Of a stretch of DNA of 64,000 nucleotides, positions 53,170 to 63,798 are shown piece after piece. How positions within the stretch are numbered: position 1 is the stretch's first letter; each line of letters begins with the position of its first letter. The notes beneath the pieces were generated by a model, which searched no databases, was not told the DNA's origin, and saw only the letters and a list, made by a program, of their open reading frames with translations. The translations under genes were made by a program, and so were the position numbers. Where the stretch lies: IMG/VR virus record IMGVR_UViG_3300045391_004889, positions 1 to 64,000 of that record; one strand, 5' to 3'. The DNA comes from a virus.

Positions 53170-53624
53170 TCAGCATGACGCTGGAGAAGAGCGAGCTGAA
53201 GTTCCGTGATCGCTTCCGATGGAACACCGTCGCCAGACGATGGGCGGTGGAGACCGCCGAGGTCGTCACGCGAGCGGTTCGGGACGCGGCACCCGTCGGC
53301 AAGCGTGAGGGTGAGAACCACAACGGTCAGCTGCGTGACTCCATCGATCACAAGGTCGTCGTCGGCGCGACGAGTGCCACGGTGGAGATCTACAGCCGGG
53401 TGCCGTACGTCGGCTACGTGATCCGAGGCACGTCACCTCACCCGATCCAGCCGGTCAACGCGACCAGGCTACACTGGATCAGCGGTGGCAACCACATCTA
53501 TCGTTCCCTGGTCCAACACCCTGGAACGAAGGCCAACCCGTTCGCGGAGAACGCGACTCGGGGACTCGCCGCGGCGACCAATCGTCGTCTCGCCGAGGCT
53601 GTCAAGACGTCACTGGAGGTATGA
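53166..53624 (+). CDS. HK97 gp10-like tail completion protein
   Basis: APV...GQLRDSI, YV..GT.PH.I, VQHPGTKANPF. Confidence 0.8.
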   Translation: MISMTLEKSELKFRDRFRWNTVARRWAVETAEVVTRAVRDAAPVGKREGENHNGQLRDSIDHKVVVGATSATVEIYSRVPYVGYVIRGTSPHPIQPVNATRLHWISGGNHIYRSLVQHPGTKANPFAENATRGLAAATNRRLAEAVKTSLEV

Positions 53625-53625
53625 C

Positions 53626-53922
53626 GTGAGGCTGACCTACACCGGTCTGACGCCGGTGACGTTCACCGACAACCGGGTGGGCGAGAAGTTTCCAGGTGAC
53701 GAGTTCAACCTCCCCGACGAAGACGTGACGCCGTTCCTGGCGCGCGCCGACGTCGCAGTGGTTGAGCCCGTCGCCCCGACGCCGGCACTCATGCCTGCGG
53801 TGCTCCCCAGCTTGAGCATCCCCGTCGTTCCCGACGTGGAGCCTGACCCCGAACCGCCGGCCGCCGACGAGGCAGCTGACGAGCCGGTGGCCGACGAGGC
53901 CACCACCGACCCAGCTAGCTAA
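53626..53922 (+). CDS. Small virion-associated protein
   Basis: SD GGAGG; lies upstream of the tail tube gene. Confidence 0.6.
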   Translation: MRLTYTGLTPVTFTDNRVGEKFPGDEFNLPDEDVTPFLARADVAVVEPVAPTPALMPAVLPSLSIPVVPDVEPDPEPPAADEAADEPVADEATTDPAS

Positions 53923-53933
53923 GGAGGCCGTCC

Positions 53934-55370
53934 GTGGCTTACCCCACGATCACTGAGAAGTACGGGTCACTCTCCGCGACGGGCTTCGCCAAGGAAGCCG
54001 TGTTCGGGACGCCCGTCGCCGCCAACACGTTCCTCCCCATGATGAGCAACACCATGGAGGAGGACCCAGGGTGGTTCGCGCCGCACCTGATGCAGAACGT
54101 GCGCGACCTTCAGATCTACAACCTCTACGGTGAGGCGAAGTTCCAGGGCACGATCCACGGCCCGATCTTCCCGTCCAACGCCATCGAGGTCATGGTCGCC
54201 TCCATCGGTGCCGACTCGATCGCCGGCTGGGGTGTCTACGGCACCGTGGCCACCCCCACCACGACCACGAGCACCGCGTCGATCACGGCCGGCGCCACGA
54301 CCGTCACGGTCACGAGCCCCACCGGCTTCGCGGTCGGTCAGCAGATCATCGTCGACACGACCGGTTACCCGGAGGCGCGTCTCATCTCGGACGTCACCGG
54401 CAGCGTGATCACCGTCGCCGACGCGTTCGGCTACGCTCACGCGAGCGGCGTTACCGTCGTGACCGGCACGACCACCACGCTCAGCGCCCCGTCCCTGGTG
54501 AACGACACCACGGTCACGGTCACCTCCGCCACCGGCATCGTCATCGGTTCGATCATCCAGGTCGACGTCAACTCGGTGTCAGGTGTCAAGACGTCGGAGG
54601 TCCGCAAGGTCACCGGCGTCGCGACCAACACGCTCACCCTGGACGCGGCGCTGAACTACGCGCACGCCAGCGCCGCACAGGTCACCCTGGTCACCAACCC
54701 GTACACCCACACGCTCAACGAGCAGAACACGCTGCCTTCGCTGACGGTGGAGAAGAACATCGGTGGCTTCCAGTCGCTGCAGTTCGCGGGGTGCCGCGCC
54801 AACAAGTTCGACCTGAAGGCGCCGGTCGGCAACACCGCGGTCGAGATGAGCATGGAGATGATCGGTCGCTCGGTGGCCGTCCTGGACAGCCCGACGGCTG
54901 TCACGGTGGCCAACGAGATGCCGTTCGTCTTCGCGGAGGCGAACCTCAACGTCTTCGGCACGCTTCGCACCGAGGTCAGCAACACCACGGTCTCGATCGA
55001 GAACGGGATGAAGGAGACGTACACGTACTCCAACTTCCACGGTCCCTCGTTCATCACCCCGGTGACGCTGCACACCAGCGGCAGCATCGACGTCGTGTTC
55101 GACAGCCTCGACGACGCCACCTACGGTGACTTCGAGAAGATGGCGAACGGCACCCTCGGCGCGTACCAGTTCAAGTTGGTCCACCCCGACGGCAGCTCGG
55201 TGATCACGATCAACCAGCCGCAGGTCGTGCTCAACAAGTTCGCCAACGACCTCAAGGTCGAGGACGTGGTCATGTCCACGATGACCTATGAGGCCAGCCG
55301 CCCGCTCTCGGGCGCCACGCAGTACACCATCCAGGCCACGGTCGCCAACGCCGTGTACCTGCCATACTAA
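53934..55370 (+). CDS. Major tail (tube) protein with two inserted beta modules
   Basis: GFAKEAVFGTP, LPSLTVEK, FAGC; upstream of the chaperone and tape measure. Confidence 0.85.
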   Translation: MAYPTITEKYGSLSATGFAKEAVFGTPVAANTFLPMMSNTMEEDPGWFAPHLMQNVRDLQIYNLYGEAKFQGTIHGPIFPSNAIEVMVASIGADSIAGWGVYGTVATPTTTTSTASITAGATTVTVTSPTGFAVGQQIIVDTTGYPEARLISDVTGSVITVADAFGYAHASGVTVVTGTTTTLSAPSLVNDTTVTVTSATGIVIGSIIQVDVNSVSGVKTSEVRKVTGVATNTLTLDAALNYAHASAAQVTLVTNPYTHTLNEQNTLPSLTVEKNIGGFQSLQFAGCRANKFDLKAPVGNTAVEMSMEMIGRSVAVLDSPTAVTVANEMPFVFAEANLNVFGTLRTEVSNTTVSIENGMKETYTYSNFHGPSFITPVTLHTSGSIDVVFDSLDDATYGDFEKMANGTLGAYQFKLVHPDGSSVITINQPQVVLNKFANDLKVEDVVMSTMTYEASRPLSGATQYTIQATVANAVYLPY

Positions 55371-55388
55371 GCAAGGAATGAGGCTGCG

Positions 55389-55895
55389 ATGGGCTTCCTC
55401 TCCGCGTACAGCGCGACTCGCAGGGTGGACATCGGTGACCCCGCTCGGGGCTACTGGATCGAGCTCCGGGAGTACATCTCCCAGGGTGCCAAGACCGAGG
55501 CTGAGCGTGCCCTTCAGGGCCGCAGTCGGGTGAACGGGGGTGACGTCGTCATGGACATGGACGTTGCTCGCTACCGTCAGCTGATGGTCACCGCCTCCAT
55601 CTCCGACTGGAACCTGGACGACGACAACGGCAAGATCTGGCCGATCAACGCTCAGAGCGTCCAGCGCATCCCTGGTCCTGAGTTCGACCGGCTGTGGTCC
55701 ATCGTCGATGAGCTGAACACCCCGGTGTCCAGCGAGGAGCAGCGTCAGTTTCCTGGTGGCGGCGTCGACGGCGATCAGGGCGGGACGGCTAGGGACGGGG
55801 AGCCCGCGGTCACTGGGGACGTTCTGGCTCCGGGAGCAGCTGTGGCAGCGCCTTGGCATGAAGCTGGAGGAGCTGGAGCAGCTCCCGTGGCGTGA
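55389..55895 (+). CDS. Tail assembly chaperone (gpG-like)
   Basis: ISDWNLDDDNG..WP motif; position. Confidence 0.8.
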   Translation: MGFLSAYSATRRVDIGDPARGYWIELREYISQGAKTEAERALQGRSRVNGGDVVMDMDVARYRQLMVTASISDWNLDDDNGKIWPINAQSVQRIPGPEFDRLWSIVDELNTPVSSEEQRQFPGGGVDGDQGGTARDGEPAVTGDVLAPGAAVAAPWHEAGGAGAAPVA

Positions 55896-55992
55896 GGTGA
55901 GTGACTACCTGACCTACCTCCAGCTGACCACCCGCGAGGAGCAGATGCAGCAGGAGCGTGCCCAGAAGGGGGTGCAGCATGGCGGGCGGTGA
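55750..55992 (+). CDS. Frameshift-accessed extension of the tail assembly chaperone (gpT-like)
   Basis: +1 frame opens at CAG TTT C; LGMKLEELEQLPW pattern; ends overlapping the tape measure start. Confidence 0.6.
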   Translation, partial: FLVAASTAIRAGRLGTGSPRSLGTFWLREQLWQRLGMKLEELEQLPWREVSDYLTYLQLTTREEQMQQERAQKGVQHGGR

Positions 55993-58843
55993 GGCGTTCA
56001 CGATCCTGGCCATTCTGGAGGCGCGAGATCGCATCTCCGGGGTGATGAACCGGGTTGACGCGACTCTCGATCGGTTTGCTGGCACCTCCGAGCGGGCGGC
56101 TGAGTCTGCTCGGGTGGCCGGTACGGCCATCGACGAGAGTCTTCTGCAGACCGCATCCGGTGCCGACGCGGCTCAAGTCGCGTCGGCTCGGTTGGAGGCG
56201 GCACGCACCCGCTTGCGCATCGCCACGATGGAGCAGGCGGGTGCGGAGCGGGAACTGCTGACGGTCCAGCGTGACATGCTCGTCACCGGTGGCAACAACA
56301 CCGCGGTCATGGAGCGACAGTCAGCTGCAGCTGCGCGTATGGCTGCCGCGGAGCGTGACGCCGCGGTGGCTTCACGTGAGCTGGCTGCGGCTGAGGCTCG
56401 ACAGACGGCCGTCGGTGACGCGATGACCGGCTCCACGACGCGCGCGGGTGCCAGCACGGCGGCTGCGGGAAGTGCCGCAGCCGCCGGCAGCAGCGGCTTC
56501 AAGACGGCCACCAAGTCGATGCTCGGCATCGGCATCGCAGCCGGTGCGATCGTCTACGCGTCACTCAAGGCAGCCACCAGCTTCCAGACCCTCAGCACGC
56601 GTTTGGTCACCTCCGCGGGTGAGTCACGCAGCGCGCTCAAGGGCGTGGAGCAGGGCATGATCCAGATCTCCAACGAGACTGGCGTCATGGCCAACGACGT
56701 CGCGAAGAACATGTACGTCGTTGAGTCGGGTGGCTACCACGGTGCCGCCGGTCTCGAGGTGCTCAGGGCAGCCACCGAGGGTGCCAAGATCGAGGGCGCG
56801 GAGTTTGGCACCGTCGCCAACGCCGTCACCGACGTCTTGAACGACTACCACCTGTCCGCCAACAAGTCAGCTGACGTCACCAGCCAGCTGGTCAAGGCGG
56901 TCTCATACGGTAAGACGAACTTCCAGCTGCTGTCCAGCTCGATGGCCAACGTGCTGCCGCTGGCCGGCTCGCTCGGCATCAAGATGAACGACGTCGTCGG
57001 CATCCTGGCCAACATGACCGCTCACGGTATGACGGCCGCGCGAGCCTCGTTCAACATCGCCAACGCCATGCGTTCCCTGTCCGCGCCCACGAACGTGATG
57101 GGCAAGGAGCTCAAGCTCTTCGGTTTGACCGCTCACGACGTCCAGGCCAGCCTCGGCACCCGTGGCCTGGCAGGCACGATGCAGTGGCTGTCTCAGGTGG
57201 CCAAGGACGGCGCGCCCAAGGTCGGGCAGACGTACAACGAGGCGCTGAAGAAGCTGATGGGTACCGCCACCGGCTTCACGACCGCTCTCATGTCCACCGG
57301 TGAGAACACCAACAAGGTCAACGAGGCGATCAAGGGCATCGGTGAGGCGTCCGCCGACGCGAACGGCAACGTGGAGGGCTTCAGCGACACGCAGAAGACC
57401 CTGGCCTTCCAGCTCGACAAGGCGAAGGCTGCCATCCACAACGCCGGTATCGCGATCGGCACCGCGTTCCTGCCTGCGATCACGAAGATCGCGACGGAAG
57501 TCGCCAAGCTCGCCGGTCCGATGGCCAACTGGATCGAACACCACAAGAAGCTGACCACGTACGTACTGGGTGCGGCAATCGCACTTGGGTTGCTGGCTGG
57601 CGCGATCATGGTGATCGGCGCGATCATCGGTGCGTTGACCAGCATGGTGGGTCTCGTCGTGCTTGCGATTGTCGCACTCGGTGCCGCGTTGATCTACGCC
57701 TACAACCACTCCGCACGGTTCCGGCAGATCGTGCAGACGGTTGGTCAGGCCCTGAAGGTGGCCTGGGATGCCACCATCAAGGCCGTCGCGGTCACCATCA
57801 ACTGGTTCTCCAAGAACGTCGTTCCAGGCATCACGAAGGCCATCAGTGCCGTCTTCGCGTGGTTCAGCGGACACAGCAAGACCTTCACCGGCGCGTGGAA
57901 CAGCGTGTTCGGCGCGATCCAGAGTGCTGCTCAGTGGTTCAAGACCAACGTCCTGGACTGGATCCAGGCTCGCATCAACGACCTCGTGACGTGGTTCAAG
58001 AGCCACAGCGAGGAGATCGAGCAGATCTGGCACGTGATGTGGGACGTCATCAAGACGGCGGCTCAGGTCTGGTGGGACGGCTTCAAGACCATCCTCGCGG
58101 TCGTGCTGGCCGGCTGGAAGACCACCTGGGGCATCATCAAGGACACGGTGAAGCTCGTCTGGGGTGTCATCAGCGACACGATCTCCATGGCGATGCACAC
58201 CATCCTCAACATCATCGGTGTCATCCTGGACCTGATCACCGGTCACTGGGGCAAGGCGTGGAAGGACGTCAAGAAGCTCGTCAGTCAGGGCATCCACGAC
58301 GTCATCAAGACGATCACGGACCTCACGAGCAACTTCGGCACGCTGCTGTATGACGCCGGTCGTAACGTGATCAAGGGTCTCGTGAGCGGCATCAAGTCCA
58401 TGGTCGGCAACGTCAAGGACGCGATCGGCAGTGTCACCAGTACGATCAAGAACCACCTTCCTTGGTCTCCTGCGAAGGAAGGTCCGCTTTCTGGTGGTGG
58501 TGCGCCTGAGATCGGCGGTGCGAACATCACGAAGCTGCTCGCGAAGGGTATCCTGAGCGGCAAGGCCAACGTCAAGGCGGCCATGTCTCAGGTGACCGGT
58601 GCGGCTCTCGGTCCGACGGGTGTCGGTCCCATCGGTGCCGGGGGTGCGATCCCGGGTATGCCACTGGGTATCAACCTGCCGATCGGCGCGACACGTGGAA
58701 CTGGCAATGTTCTCGTGATGCAGTTCGACTTCAAGGGTGCCCAGGTCATGGGAGAGCAGGCGATGGATCAGCTGGCGGACAAGGTGGGTCGCCGTGTGGC
58801 GACGCGCATCCTGCCAGCCGGTGGCGTCAAGATCAGGATGTGA
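55979..58843 (+). CDS. Tape measure protein
   Basis: AILEARD N-terminus, TP901-like core, W-periodic repeats, LPWSPAKEGPLSG. Confidence 0.9.
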   Translation: MAGGEAFTILAILEARDRISGVMNRVDATLDRFAGTSERAAESARVAGTAIDESLLQTASGADAAQVASARLEAARTRLRIATMEQAGAERELLTVQRDMLVTGGNNTAVMERQSAAAARMAAAERDAAVASRELAAAEARQTAVGDAMTGSTTRAGASTAAAGSAAAAGSSGFKTATKSMLGIGIAAGAIVYASLKAATSFQTLSTRLVTSAGESRSALKGVEQGMIQISNETGVMANDVAKNMYVVESGGYHGAAGLEVLRAATEGAKIEGAEFGTVANAVTDVLNDYHLSANKSADVTSQLVKAVSYGKTNFQLLSSSMANVLPLAGSLGIKMNDVVGILANMTAHGMTAARASFNIANAMRSLSAPTNVMGKELKLFGLTAHDVQASLGTRGLAGTMQWLSQVAKDGAPKVGQTYNEALKKLMGTATGFTTALMSTGENTNKVNEAIKGIGEASADANGNVEGFSDTQKTLAFQLDKAKAAIHNAGIAIGTAFLPAITKIATEVAKLAGPMANWIEHHKKLTTYVLGAAIALGLLAGAIMVIGAIIGALTSMVGLVVLAIVALGAALIYAYNHSARFRQIVQTVGQALKVAWDATIKAVAVTINWFSKNVVPGITKAISAVFAWFSGHSKTFTGAWNSVFGAIQSAAQWFKTNVLDWIQARINDLVTWFKSHSEEIEQIWHVMWDVIKTAAQVWWDGFKTILAVVLAGWKTTWGIIKDTVKLVWGVISDTISMAMHTILNIIGVILDLITGHWGKAWKDVKKLVSQGIHDVIKTITDLTSNFGTLLYDAGRNVIKGLVSGIKSMVGNVKDAIGSVTSTIKNHLPWSPAKEGPLSGGGAPEIGGANITKLLAKGILSGKANVKAAMSQVTGAALGPTGVGPIGAGGAIPGMPLGINLPIGATRGTGNVLVMQFDFKGAQVMGEQAMDQLADKVGRRVATRILPAGGVKIRM

Positions 58844-58846
58844 CAG

Positions 58847-60244
58847 ATGGCAATCGCGCACCCGGATCTCACGTTCACCGTCACCCCACCGGGTGGATCC
58901 ACGGTGGACTACACCGACAAGCTGGCGTGGTCTGGTACCGAGAACCAGATGTCGATCACGCAGAACTTCGGCCGCCAGGGCGACACGGGAGTGTTCGTCC
59001 TGGTGGACGAGTATGTGACGACGCCATCTGTGGTCATCCCGGTGCTCAGCCAGGTGAAGCTGACCGACAACACCGCCGGCCAGGTGCTCTTCGCCGGCGT
59101 GTGCAACGACCCGATCCTCGACGTCACGAGCCCGACTCGTAACGAGTGGAACCTGCAGTGCACCGACTACACGTTCTACATGGACAACAAGGTGGTGCAC
59201 GGCAACTTCTACGGGAAGACCACGGACCAGATCGTGGTCTCCCTGGTTGCCCAAGCCAGCTGTGGTGTCACCGCAGCCACCGTCGCAAACGGTGGCTACG
59301 TCGCTCCCGGTCCACAGATCGCCAGCTTCGAGCTGAATTACACCAGCCTCTCCTCGGCGCTTCGTAAGCTGTCTCAGCTGGCCGGCATCGTGACACCGTT
59401 CGGGTGGTACGTGGACGAGCTGCGGCAGCTCCACTTCTTTGACGCCAGCACCGCGTCATCCACGGGTGTTACCTTCACCACGACTCCCACCGCCTCAGGT
59501 GGCGGGTCACTCACCGAGGGTCACTTCGCGGTGGGCAACAACTTCGGCTACGAGTGGGACGGCACGACGGTTCACAACCGCATCCTGGTTCAGGGTGCGG
59601 ATCAGACCATCGGTCACACCACAGTTCCCACCGGCACCCCCACCGACACGTGGAGGTCGAATGGGGTGCAGCACTCATGGCCGCTGCGGCACACCCCGTC
59701 CGGCAACCTTTCACTGCGGGTAGGAAGCAAGTCCACCGCGGTTGACCAGGTGGAAGCAGGCAGCACGTCCACCTCCACGTGGCAGGTTGCGCAAAACGCC
59801 AACGGTCAGTGGTTTCTCAACACGACCGGTACGGTACCTGCCAACGGCATCACCATCAAGCTGTGGTACGATTACCGGGTGCCTGTGGTGGCGCAAGCCA
59901 ATGACTTCGCCTCTCAGACACTCTACGCCGGTCCGAACGGTGGCGTCTACGAGGAGTTCATCAACGACTCCTCGCTGTTCACCGTACCGATGGCGCTCAA
60001 CCGCGCACAGCGTGAGCGTCAGGAGTACGCGTTCGCCGCCGAACGCATCACCTTCACCTCCACCGAGGAGTTCCTCGGCTGGGTGCGAGCAGGCGACGCC
60101 ATTACCGTGGTGAACCAGTTCATCCCGGACGCGCAGAACAACTACAGCATCGGCATCAACGACCTGTTCTTGATCATCAGCAACTCGATTACGTTCACCG
60201 TGGGTGGGTATCGCAACTTGCAGATCACCGCCATTCGAATCTAG
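58847..60244 (+). CDS. Minor tail / baseplate hub protein
   Basis: Follows the tape measure; LQCTDY, WYVDE.RQLHFF, NRILVQG. Confidence 0.75.
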   Translation: MAIAHPDLTFTVTPPGGSTVDYTDKLAWSGTENQMSITQNFGRQGDTGVFVLVDEYVTTPSVVIPVLSQVKLTDNTAGQVLFAGVCNDPILDVTSPTRNEWNLQCTDYTFYMDNKVVHGNFYGKTTDQIVVSLVAQASCGVTAATVANGGYVAPGPQIASFELNYTSLSSALRKLSQLAGIVTPFGWYVDELRQLHFFDASTASSTGVTFTTTPTASGGGSLTEGHFAVGNNFGYEWDGTTVHNRILVQGADQTIGHTTVPTGTPTDTWRSNGVQHSWPLRHTPSGNLSLRVGSKSTAVDQVEAGSTSTSTWQVAQNANGQWFLNTTGTVPANGITIKLWYDYRVPVVAQANDFASQTLYAGPNGGVYEEFINDSSLFTVPMALNRAQRERQEYAFAAERITFTSTEEFLGWVRAGDAITVVNQFIPDAQNNYSIGINDLFLIISNSITFTVGGYRNLQITAIRI

Positions 60245-60253
60245 GAGGTTGTC

Positions 60254-60463
60254 GTGCCAGGAGTGTTCCGGCCGTACAACCTGGTGGACGTGCTCGGTAC
60301 GATGAACGAGCAGCTAACCGCGCCGGTTGGTGACGTGATCGACAGCTTCGGCTACTTCGCGGAGACGGATGAGGCGTTCGCGTTTGCCGACTCGATGACC
60401 ACCACGGTGCAGGTCAACGCGGTGTACGACGCGGGAGTCTGGGGGTCATTCACGTGGGGCTGA
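60254..60463 (+). CDS. Small minor tail protein
   Basis: SD AGGAGG; YDAGVWGSFTWG C-terminus. Confidence 0.65.
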   Translation: MPGVFRPYNLVDVLGTMNEQLTAPVGDVIDSFGYFAETDEAFAFADSMTTTVQVNAVYDAGVWGSFTWG

Positions 60464-61002
60464 AGACGACGGCGCAAGCTGCCATCGGAATCCACGGTCG
60501 TCTCTCCCTCACGGTGGTCAAGCCGGACGGCACCGTCCGAGATCGTCGTGAGGGTGACAACATCATGTGCACGGCCGGCCTGTCCGTGCTCGCGAGTGCC
60601 CTCGTATGGTCCGGAATCCAGGACCAGGCTGCCAACCAGGGAGTCACCCAGCCGACGTACCTCACGCCCCTCTGGGGCGCCGTGGGGTCTGGTACCGGGA
60701 CAGTCGCAGCGTCCGACACCCTGCTCTTCGCGGAGCTGGGTCGCGTGATCGTCGGCGCGGGTGCGGCGTCACCCGCCACCTCGACGATCCCGGCGCTGCT
60801 CACCTGGCTGTTCTACTTCCCCTCACCTGCCACCACCTGGGTCGTCACCGAGGCGGGTGTCTTCGCGAACGGCAGCTCCAGCGACCTCAACGTGCAGACG
60901 GCCGGCACGTTGCTGGATCACTGGGCATTCTCGCCCAGCGTCACGGTACCGACCACTGACACCCTGATCCTGCAGGCCACCTTTACGATCTCCGGGACGT
61001 GA
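60454..61002 (+). CDS. Minor tail protein
   Basis: N....AG, AVGSGT....SDTLL.AE..R, TEAGVF. Confidence 0.75.
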   Translation: MGLKTTAQAAIGIHGRLSLTVVKPDGTVRDRREGDNIMCTAGLSVLASALVWSGIQDQAANQGVTQPTYLTPLWGAVGSGTGTVAASDTLLFAELGRVIVGAGAASPATSTIPALLTWLFYFPSPATTWVVTEAGVFANGSSSDLNVQTAGTLLDHWAFSPSVTVPTTDTLILQATFTISGT

Positions 61003-61005
61003 TCA

Positions 61006-61764
61006 ATGGGGACCACCACGCCAGATTGGCTGGGCGCCGCACCCGGCTCACCCGGCCTGGCTGGCCAGGTGAACCAGTTTCTCGGTGATCACAACTCGGT
61101 GATCACGTACGGTGAGGTGCAGGCAAGCACTCAGGGCACCGGCGCCGCGGTGTATACGGGTACCGACACAAGCTACCTCGCGCAGCTGATCACCACCGCA
61201 CCTGCTCAGACGAGCATCTCCTCGGTGGCGATTCAGCTCAGCACGGTGGGTGGCTCACCCGTCATCAACAACATCCCGAACCTCACCATCAGCATCTTCG
61301 ACAGCTTCAGCGGGGCACCCACCGGTGCGGCGCTTACCAGCGTGACGTTGACTGAGACCTACATCTACAGCTCGCCCTTCTGGGTGTCGGTGCCTCTCAC
61401 CCTCGGTGGGCTGACCGGTGGCACCGACTACTTCATCGTGACCAGCATGGTTGGCACGTCCACCAATCTCTACGTCTGGCAACGATCCACTCAGACGACA
61501 GGTGCGTTCACCTCCACCGATGAGGTCTCCTGGATTCCCGCCACATACGGGCTGATGTACCAGGTCAATGAGCCGGGTGGCTCGTCTACCACAGTGAAGC
61601 AGATCAACGAAGATGACGGTGCTCGTACCACGCAGTTCAGCTACGACGCTGACGATCAGCTGATCAGCCTGGTGCAATTCACCGCGACACAGGGTGGCTC
61701 AGGTTCCTTCCTGACCGCGCCCACCTTCACCTACACCAACGGTTTGATCACGGGAGTGAGCTGA
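61006..61764 (+). CDS. Minor tail protein
   Basis: Thr/Ser-rich beta protein in the tail operon. Confidence 0.7.
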   Translation: MGTTTPDWLGAAPGSPGLAGQVNQFLGDHNSVITYGEVQASTQGTGAAVYTGTDTSYLAQLITTAPAQTSISSVAIQLSTVGGSPVINNIPNLTISIFDSFSGAPTGAALTSVTLTETYIYSSPFWVSVPLTLGGLTGGTDYFIVTSMVGTSTNLYVWQRSTQTTGAFTSTDEVSWIPATYGLMYQVNEPGGSSTTVKQINEDDGARTTQFSYDADDQLISLVQFTATQGGSGSFLTAPTFTYTNGLITGVS

Positions 61765-63798
61765 ATGCCCTTCCTCGTCGGGTACATCACCCCGCAGGAC
61801 TACGGTGCCGCAGGTGACGGAACCACGGATGACACCGCCGCCTTCCAAGCCGCAGCCACCGCGATCAACAACCTGGGCGGCGGCACCCTCTTCGTCCCAC
61901 CGTACTACAGCTACAAGCTGAACGGCACGATGCACCTGGGACCAAACACCACGGTCTCCGCGTACAACGCCTACATCTTCGCCGGCGCCGGTGCGGGTCA
62001 GGCGTTGATTGACAACTACCTGAATCAGACGTCGCCGACGGTGTACAACGGCAACGGCAACATCAACATCCTCGGTGGCATCTGGGACGCCAAGGGTCAG
62101 GTGTACACCACCGACTCAGCTGACACGTTCTTCTTCGCTCACGCTCGTCACATCCTTTGCAAGGACGTCACCTGGCGGAACACCCGTGGCTTCCACGCCA
62201 TGGAGTACAACGCGATCGACAACGGCCAGGTGATCAACTGCCGGTTCGAGGGATACAGCACCGCAGGTGGCAGTGACCCCGGCGAGGCGTTCCAGGTTGA
62301 TCTGGCGATCGCCGGCGCGGGTATGCCGGCCAACGACGGCACACTGTCTCAGAACATCACGATGGATGGTTGCTACGCGGGACCGGCCACCGACGGCTCA
62401 GGTCTCGGCGCACCCGGCGCCTTGATCGGCTCTCACTCCACGTCAGCGGGTAACACCTACCAGGGTGTGCGAGTGTTCAACTCGGTCGCCGACTCGTGTC
62501 TTCACTACGGCATCCACGTCTACAACTGGTCCAAGTGTGAGATCATCGGCAACACGATCTTGAACACCGGTGACGTCGGCATTCTCGTGGAGACGCAGAA
62601 CACCGGCAACTACCAGCCGTACGCCATCAACGTGACCGGCAACAGCATCGTCGGTTCCACGAACTACGGCATCAACGTCAACGGTCAGGGTGCCTTCGCA
62701 GGCAACTTCGTGTCGGACATCGCGATCACCGGTAACACCATCCGTGACGTCACCGGTGCCACAGGCACGTCCGGCATCGGCATGTCGTTCACGCAGGGCG
62801 CCACGATCACCGGCAACACCGTGTACAACACGGTGACCAACGGCATCATGCTCAGCAACGACACCTACGTCACGGTCAACAGCAACAACGTGCGCGGGGT
62901 GGCGACGGGCATCTCGGTCGCCGGTACCACGCAGACGCAGGTGACCGGCAACACCGTGCAGAACTGCACGTCGAACGGCATCTTCGTCGGCCAGACGGCC
63001 GGTGCGGTGAACACCTCGGACGTGTTGATCTCCGACAACGCGGTGGAGAACTGCTCGAACGCCGCGATCCGCGGCGGCACCAGCGCCACCGACATCATGG
63101 TCGTCAACAACAAGATCACTCAGGGCGCCAACGGCACGTTCGGCATCGAGCTCGTCTCCACCAACACCGGCTGGGCTGTGTGGGACAACTGGCTGGATGG
63201 CACCTGGACCCTGGCCAACGCGCTCGCAGTGTTCAACACCACTACCAAGGTCACCGTCACCCCCGACGGTCGGTACGGGATCCGCGGCTCCAACTGGTGG
63301 GGTACCCAGCTCAACCCGACGTTGACCACGGCGACTGTTGCCAACACCGCGTCTGAGACTGTGGTCGGCACCTTCACCATTCCAGCCAACGACGCGCAGG
63401 CTGGTGGTGTCTATCGCATGGTGATGTACGGCACCGCCTCCTCGACGGGCACCCCCACCATCACGTTCCGAGTTCGCTTGGGCGGCGTCGCCGGTACGGC
63501 ACTGGCTACCTTCGGTGCGATCACCACGTCCAGCGGGGCCAGCAACCAGGCTTGGCAGATGAGCACCAACCTCTTCGCCATCGCCCCCGGCTCGTCTGGC
63601 ACCTACTCCGCGTTCTCCAGCTTGGCTCAGCAGATCGCCTCACCGACGGGTCTGGCCACCTCAAACACGATGACCAACGGCACGGTCACGGCCAACTCGA
63701 CGACGAACCTCACCCTGGTCGTCACGGCGCAGTGGTCAGCTGCCAGCGCCTCGAACACCGTCTCCTCGACGGCCGGCCTGCTCTCCCGGGACTACTGA
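61765..63798 (+). CDS. Tailspike / receptor-binding protein with right-handed beta-helix
   Basis: DYGAAGDGTTDDTAAFQAA; many I(T/V)GNT repeats. Confidence 0.85.
   Translation: MPFLVGYITPQDYGAAGDGTTDDTAAFQAAATAINNLGGGTLFVPPYYSYKLNGTMHLGPNTTVSAYNAYIFAGAGAGQALIDNYLNQTSPTVYNGNGNINILGGIWDAKGQVYTTDSADTFFFAHARHILCKDVTWRNTRGFHAMEYNAIDNGQVINCRFEGYSTAGGSDPGEAFQVDLAIAGAGMPANDGTLSQNITMDGCYAGPATDGSGLGAPGALIGSHSTSAGNTYQGVRVFNSVADSCLHYGIHVYNWSKCEIIGNTILNTGDVGILVETQNTGNYQPYAINVTGNSIVGSTNYGINVNGQGAFAGNFVSDIAITGNTIRDVTGATGTSGIGMSFTQGATITGNTVYNTVTNGIMLSNDTYVTVNSNNVRGVATGISVAGTTQTQVTGNTVQNCTSNGIFVGQTAGAVNTSDVLISDNAVENCSNAAIRGGTSATDIMVVNNKITQGANGTFGIELVSTNTGWAVWDNWLDGTWTLANALAVFNTTTKVTVTPDGRYGIRGSNWWGTQLNPTLTTATVANTASETVVGTFTIPANDAQAGGVYRMVMYGTASSTGTPTITFRVRLGGVAGTALATFGAITTSSGASNQAWQMSTNLFAIAPGSSGTYSAFSSLAQQIASPTGLATSNTMTNGTVTANSTTNLTLVVTAQWSAASASNTVSSTAGLLSRDY

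Noticed and set aside
12437-59434. Long antisense ORFs (for example 12437..14218, 35748..37463, 44572..46551, 47459..49864, 56903..59434)
   Set aside because: These are shadow ORFs opposite well-supported genes, as expected from high GC3 codon usage.
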